Assembly: GCF_009914755.1 (NCBI RefSeq)
Contig: NC_060925.1
Length of the DNA stretch: 64,000 bases
Direction: 5' to 3' (one strand)
Source of the DNA: the human T2T-CHM13v2.0 reference genome, Homo sapiens
The position numbers and the translations under genes are program-made. This document shows positions 59,750-64,000 of this stretch, in pieces. A model generated the notes under the pieces. It saw only the letters and a program-made list of their open reading frames with translations, was not told the DNA's origin and made no database searches. How positions within the stretch are numbered: position 1 is the first letter of the stretch; each line of letters begins with the position of its first letter.

Positions 59750-62329
59750 TAGAATGCTTTCTAAAATTTTTTAGTGTTTTAAAGTGAAATATTTTTTCTT
59801 CAAAAATTGAAAAATAATGTGGATGATTAAGAACCGTTTATATATGTTAAATAAAATATGCTAAAATAGTCTTTTGGGGGACTAAAATATAAGTTCAAAA
59901 CAATTCTATCATACAGTTAAAATATTAACTAGATTTTCTTAAATATTGATACTTAGAAGTAAAGTCTCTGACTTTTTTTCTATGAGAATTTATTGGGCTG
60001 TATTAAGGTATCATGGATCCAAAGATGGACAGTGTTTAGCAGGGGAGCCTGAAATGTATTTTTTCTAAAGGAATGAAGAGAATCACTCTCACATTCTGAG
60101 TCTGCTTTCCTTTTCAGTGGAAATGGGATTATGTAATTGTGTAGATACTTAAAATTTAAGAAATTGTAGTTAAATGCACATGATTACACTGATGATTATA
60201 TTCCCAGTTTTTCCCTTTTTTTTTTTTTGAGTTGGAAAGGTAATAGATGGACATAGTGAACAATTCATAGTAGAAAAGCTTGTACACTGAAAAGTAGGCT
60301 TTTTCCTACTCCAGGTATCCAGAACCTTTTTTTGAGGCAGTCATTGTTTACAGCTGTTTCTGAATCTTTCCAGAAAAAATGAATTCTTCTGTCAGCACAT
60401 ACATATGTTTATACAAAAGAGAGTATCTCTATCTTCTGCTCTGTGCCTAGATTTTTTTCACTTTATGTGTTATGATTTATTCCAAATCACTACACATAGA
60501 TCAGCCTCATTCTTAAGCTTTATTAAAGCATACTTTACATACTATAAAATTCATGGCCAGGTGCGGTGGCTCACGCCTGTAATCCCAGCCCTTTGGGAGG
60601 CCGAGGCTGGTGTATCATGAGGTCAGGAGTTCAAGACCAGCCTGGCCAAGATGGTGAAACTCCATCTCTACCGAAAATACAAAAATTAGCCAGGCATGGT
60701 GGCGCGGGCCTGTAATCTCAGCTACTCCGAAGGCTCAGGCAGAGAACTGCTTGAACCTGGGAGGCAGAGGTTGCAGTGAGCCAAGATCGTGCCACTGGAC
60801 TCCAGCCTGGGTGACAGAGTGAGACTCTATCTCAAAAAAATTAAAAAAGAAAAATTCATTTATTATAAGTGATTTATAGTAAATTTGTTAAGTTTTACAG
60901 CCACTATCATAATTGTGTCTTAGAATAATTCTTTTATCCCGAACAGCTCCCTTTTGTGCTTTTCGAAAGAGAAGTTGCTTGGAAATCTGTGAGCTTTGGA
61001 GAATGGCAACTGAATTTGAACCCAGGCTTTGCCATTCACTGTGTGTGAGACTGAGGAATTTACTTAGCCTCTGGCTCCTCTATAAAATAGGAAAAGCAAT
61101 GGTTGCAGGTAGACTGTTATGAATACTAAATAATAAATGCAAACTACTTGGTGTAAAGCACAGTATTCCATAGATGATGAGCTATTCATGTATTCACTTA
61201 AGAAACATTGTTATGTGGGCACAGTGGCTCATGCCTGTAATCCCAGCACTTTGGGAGGCCAAGGCGGCAGGATTGCTTGAAGCCAGCTGTTCAAGATTAC
61301 AGTGAGACCCCATCTCTACAGAAAAATTTAAAAATTAGCTGGTGTGGTAGTGTGGGCCTGTAGTCCCAGCGACTTGGGAGGCTAAGGCGAGAGGATCGCT
61401 CAAGTCCAGGAGTTTGAGGTTATAGTGAGCTATGATCATGCCAATGCACTCCAGCCTGGATGACAGAGCAAGACACTGTCTCTTCAGAACGAAACAAAAC
61501 AGAACACATTGTCAAGCACTTAGTACGTGTCAGTGCTAGGAACTGCTAGTTGCTACAGTGAACAAGACTGACATGGCCCCTGTTTTTAATGAGATAATAG
61601 TCTAGCTAGTTTATCTTCTAGTAATATTAGGGAGGCTTTGAGTGTTGTTGCTGTTTTTCACAGATGTGGAGAGGGGAATGTTAATTCTTCCTTTTAGGAA
61701 CACATTCCAGATTTTCATTTTCTTTGAGCAATTTTTTTTAATTTGGTGAATGGAATTTTTTCTAAATTATGCTATTAAGAAGTTTAAACTTTTAAGTAGA
61801 CTTGAGGAGTAAGAGTATGTTTTAGGAAAAGAAAGTAGAGGCTAGAGACTGGAAAGTCATTGGAAAGCTATTTCAATATTATTATAAGTTGGATCTGAGG
61901 TAAGACTTTAGGAATAATCTAAATATTGTTGCTGTGGTGTTCTTACAGAGCTTGGTCAGATGTAAACTACTAATATCTTAATACTTACATTAAGAATTAA
62001 TGTAAATTCTGTCCAGTTCAGATTATTTTATTTTATTTTTGATACAGTCTCACTCTGTCACCCAGGCTGGAGTGCAGTGATGTGATCTTGGCTCACTACA
62101 ACCTCCACCTCCCAGGTTCAAGTGATTCTCCCTCCTCAGCCTCCTGAGTAGCTGGGACTACAGGCACGCGCCACTGACTTGGCTAATTCTTGTATTTTTA
62201 GTAGAGATGGGCTCTTGCCACGTTGACGAGGCTGGTCTCGAACTCCTGGCCACAAAGGATCCATCCACCTCTGCCTCCCAGAGTGCTGAGATTACAGGCA
62301 TGAGCTACCATGCCCAGCCTCAGACTTAG

Positions 62330-62593
<264 letters not shown>

Positions 62594-62606
62594 TAGTTGG
62601 GATTAG

Positions 62607-62807
<201 letters not shown>

Positions 62808-63126
62808 TAGGGAATTTCACTGAAGTGATTGAGGTGGGTGGGGATTCCTTGGTGGAATAGCCCTCTGGACTCTGAGGTGGATCATATGTATGTATTAGTA
62901 AATATAGCAAACTGGTTTAATTGATACATCCTGATAATTAAATGGTACATAGGTTGACTGGTCAGTAAGTTAGGTTAAATAAATATGAGCTTTGTCAGAA
63001 AAACACAAGTTTTCATTAGGTATATTTATGTTTTATTTACTCAATACATTTACATGGTAGTGTTACAGATTATCTTCTGTGTACCTGCCATTGCGTTGGT
63101 TGCGTGGTGTTAGTCGATTTCTGATA

Positions 63127-63236
63127 TTGAAGTAGCACAGTCATACAGAATATTGGCCTAAAGAAATGACAGACAAACTCAGCTATATTGTCTGTCAATT
63201 CATAGGTCATTTTCCTGTATACCATTTCTGAATGAT
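63127..63236 (-). ncRNA. MIR215: pre-miR-215; mature miR-215-5p AUGACCUAUGAAUUGACAGAC at 63210-63190
   Basis: Exact reverse complement of mature miR-215-5p; stem TGACAGACAA...TTGTCTGTCA; clustered about 200 nt from miR-194-1. Confidence 0.97.
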
Positions 63237-63430
63237 GACTTTAATCCTCTTCCATTATTGGATCTTTTTGGTGTTACAAAACTTGAATTTAAGAAAATTG
63301 ATATTAATTCTTAATCATTTGTTAATTTTATAAAACAGGCTGAAAATCTTTTTTTCTGCTGGAATCAAATGAGAGTCCAAGTGACCACAATTTTCTGTCT
63401 TTCTTTATTATACCTTTATATTGTAGCAAG

Positions 63431-63515
63431 TTGGTAACCATCAAAAGTAACAGCATCTCCACTGGAAATTGGTACACAGTCCACATGGAGTTGCTGTTAC
63501 ACTTGATAACACCAT
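63431..63515 (-). ncRNA. MIR194-1: pre-miR-194-1; mature miR-194-5p UGUAACAGCAACUCCAUGUGGA at 63501-63480
   Basis: Exact reverse complement of mature miR-194-5p inside a fold-back stem; antisense in IARS2 intron 12. Confidence 0.97.
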
Positions 63516-64000
63516 TAAACATATAAGGAGATTCCTTTTGCTCATCATGGGAGCTGTACGATATCTCTAAGTATACTTGTTTCACAGAAGAAAGTCTCGA
63601 TTTATTCATGTTCTAAATAAGTTTAGGGACTGGTAGATTTGAAACGCTGATGTTTTATTTTGATTTGAATTAATAGTGTCATTTGCATTTTAGATCATAT
63701 TTGTATTTTATCAAGAAATAATTCCATTTCTGACTTTACTGTCATTGGTCATTTTTTGAATCTGTGAGATAATGCCATTAGAATTTGGGTTGAAATCTGT
63801 TACTAGTCAATAAAAACAGAAGAAATAATTTTTAGCATAAAAAAGATAAAATGTAGAAACACTGGCTACCTGGGAAGGAAAAGAAGTTGGTTAAATTTCT
63901 TTCATCATTTCAAACAGTTATAATCACTTTCATGCTATTAATGCTATAGTTAACATAGTGAAACTTAGCCCCTAACTTCTGGAAATTATGAGAAATTTAG

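Noticed and set aside
63300-63960. Possible HNF1/CDX sites around the miRNA cluster
   Set aside because: Only partial matches in AT-rich DNA; cannot be supported from sequence alone

Overview
Human (primate) genomic DNA, very Alu-dense (about 80 Alu copies or fragments by eye), that I recognise as the chr1q41 BPNT1/IARS2 locus. The minus strand carries the complete BPNT1 gene (3'(2'),5'-bisphosphate nucleotidase 1): 8 coding exons splice at GT-AG sites into a 927-nt ORF (308 aa), with a non-coding first exon near 35 kb and a 3'UTR holding an inverted Alu pair. The plus strand, head-to-head about 4.3 kb away, carries coding exons 1-12 of IARS2 (mitochondrial isoleucyl-tRNA synthetase), which continues past the window. 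The MIR194-1/MIR215 cluster lies antisense in IARS2 intron 12. Nearly all ORFs in the supplied track are Alu or L1 artefacts. The main unexplained structures are: (1) a 62-bp tandem duplication of the IARS2 exon 3 splice acceptor that creates a competing poison 3' splice site; (2) a 518-bp, 517/518-identical inverted templated insertion in BPNT1 intron 4; (3) a well-formed in-frame 45-nt cassette exon in BPNT1 intron 6; (4) an ERV LTR copy with hallmarks of L1-mediated retrotransposition; and (5) a 3'UTR-only retrocopy nested in an LTR. I see no evidence of a wholly new gene system. These are candidate regulatory or structural features that need testing.
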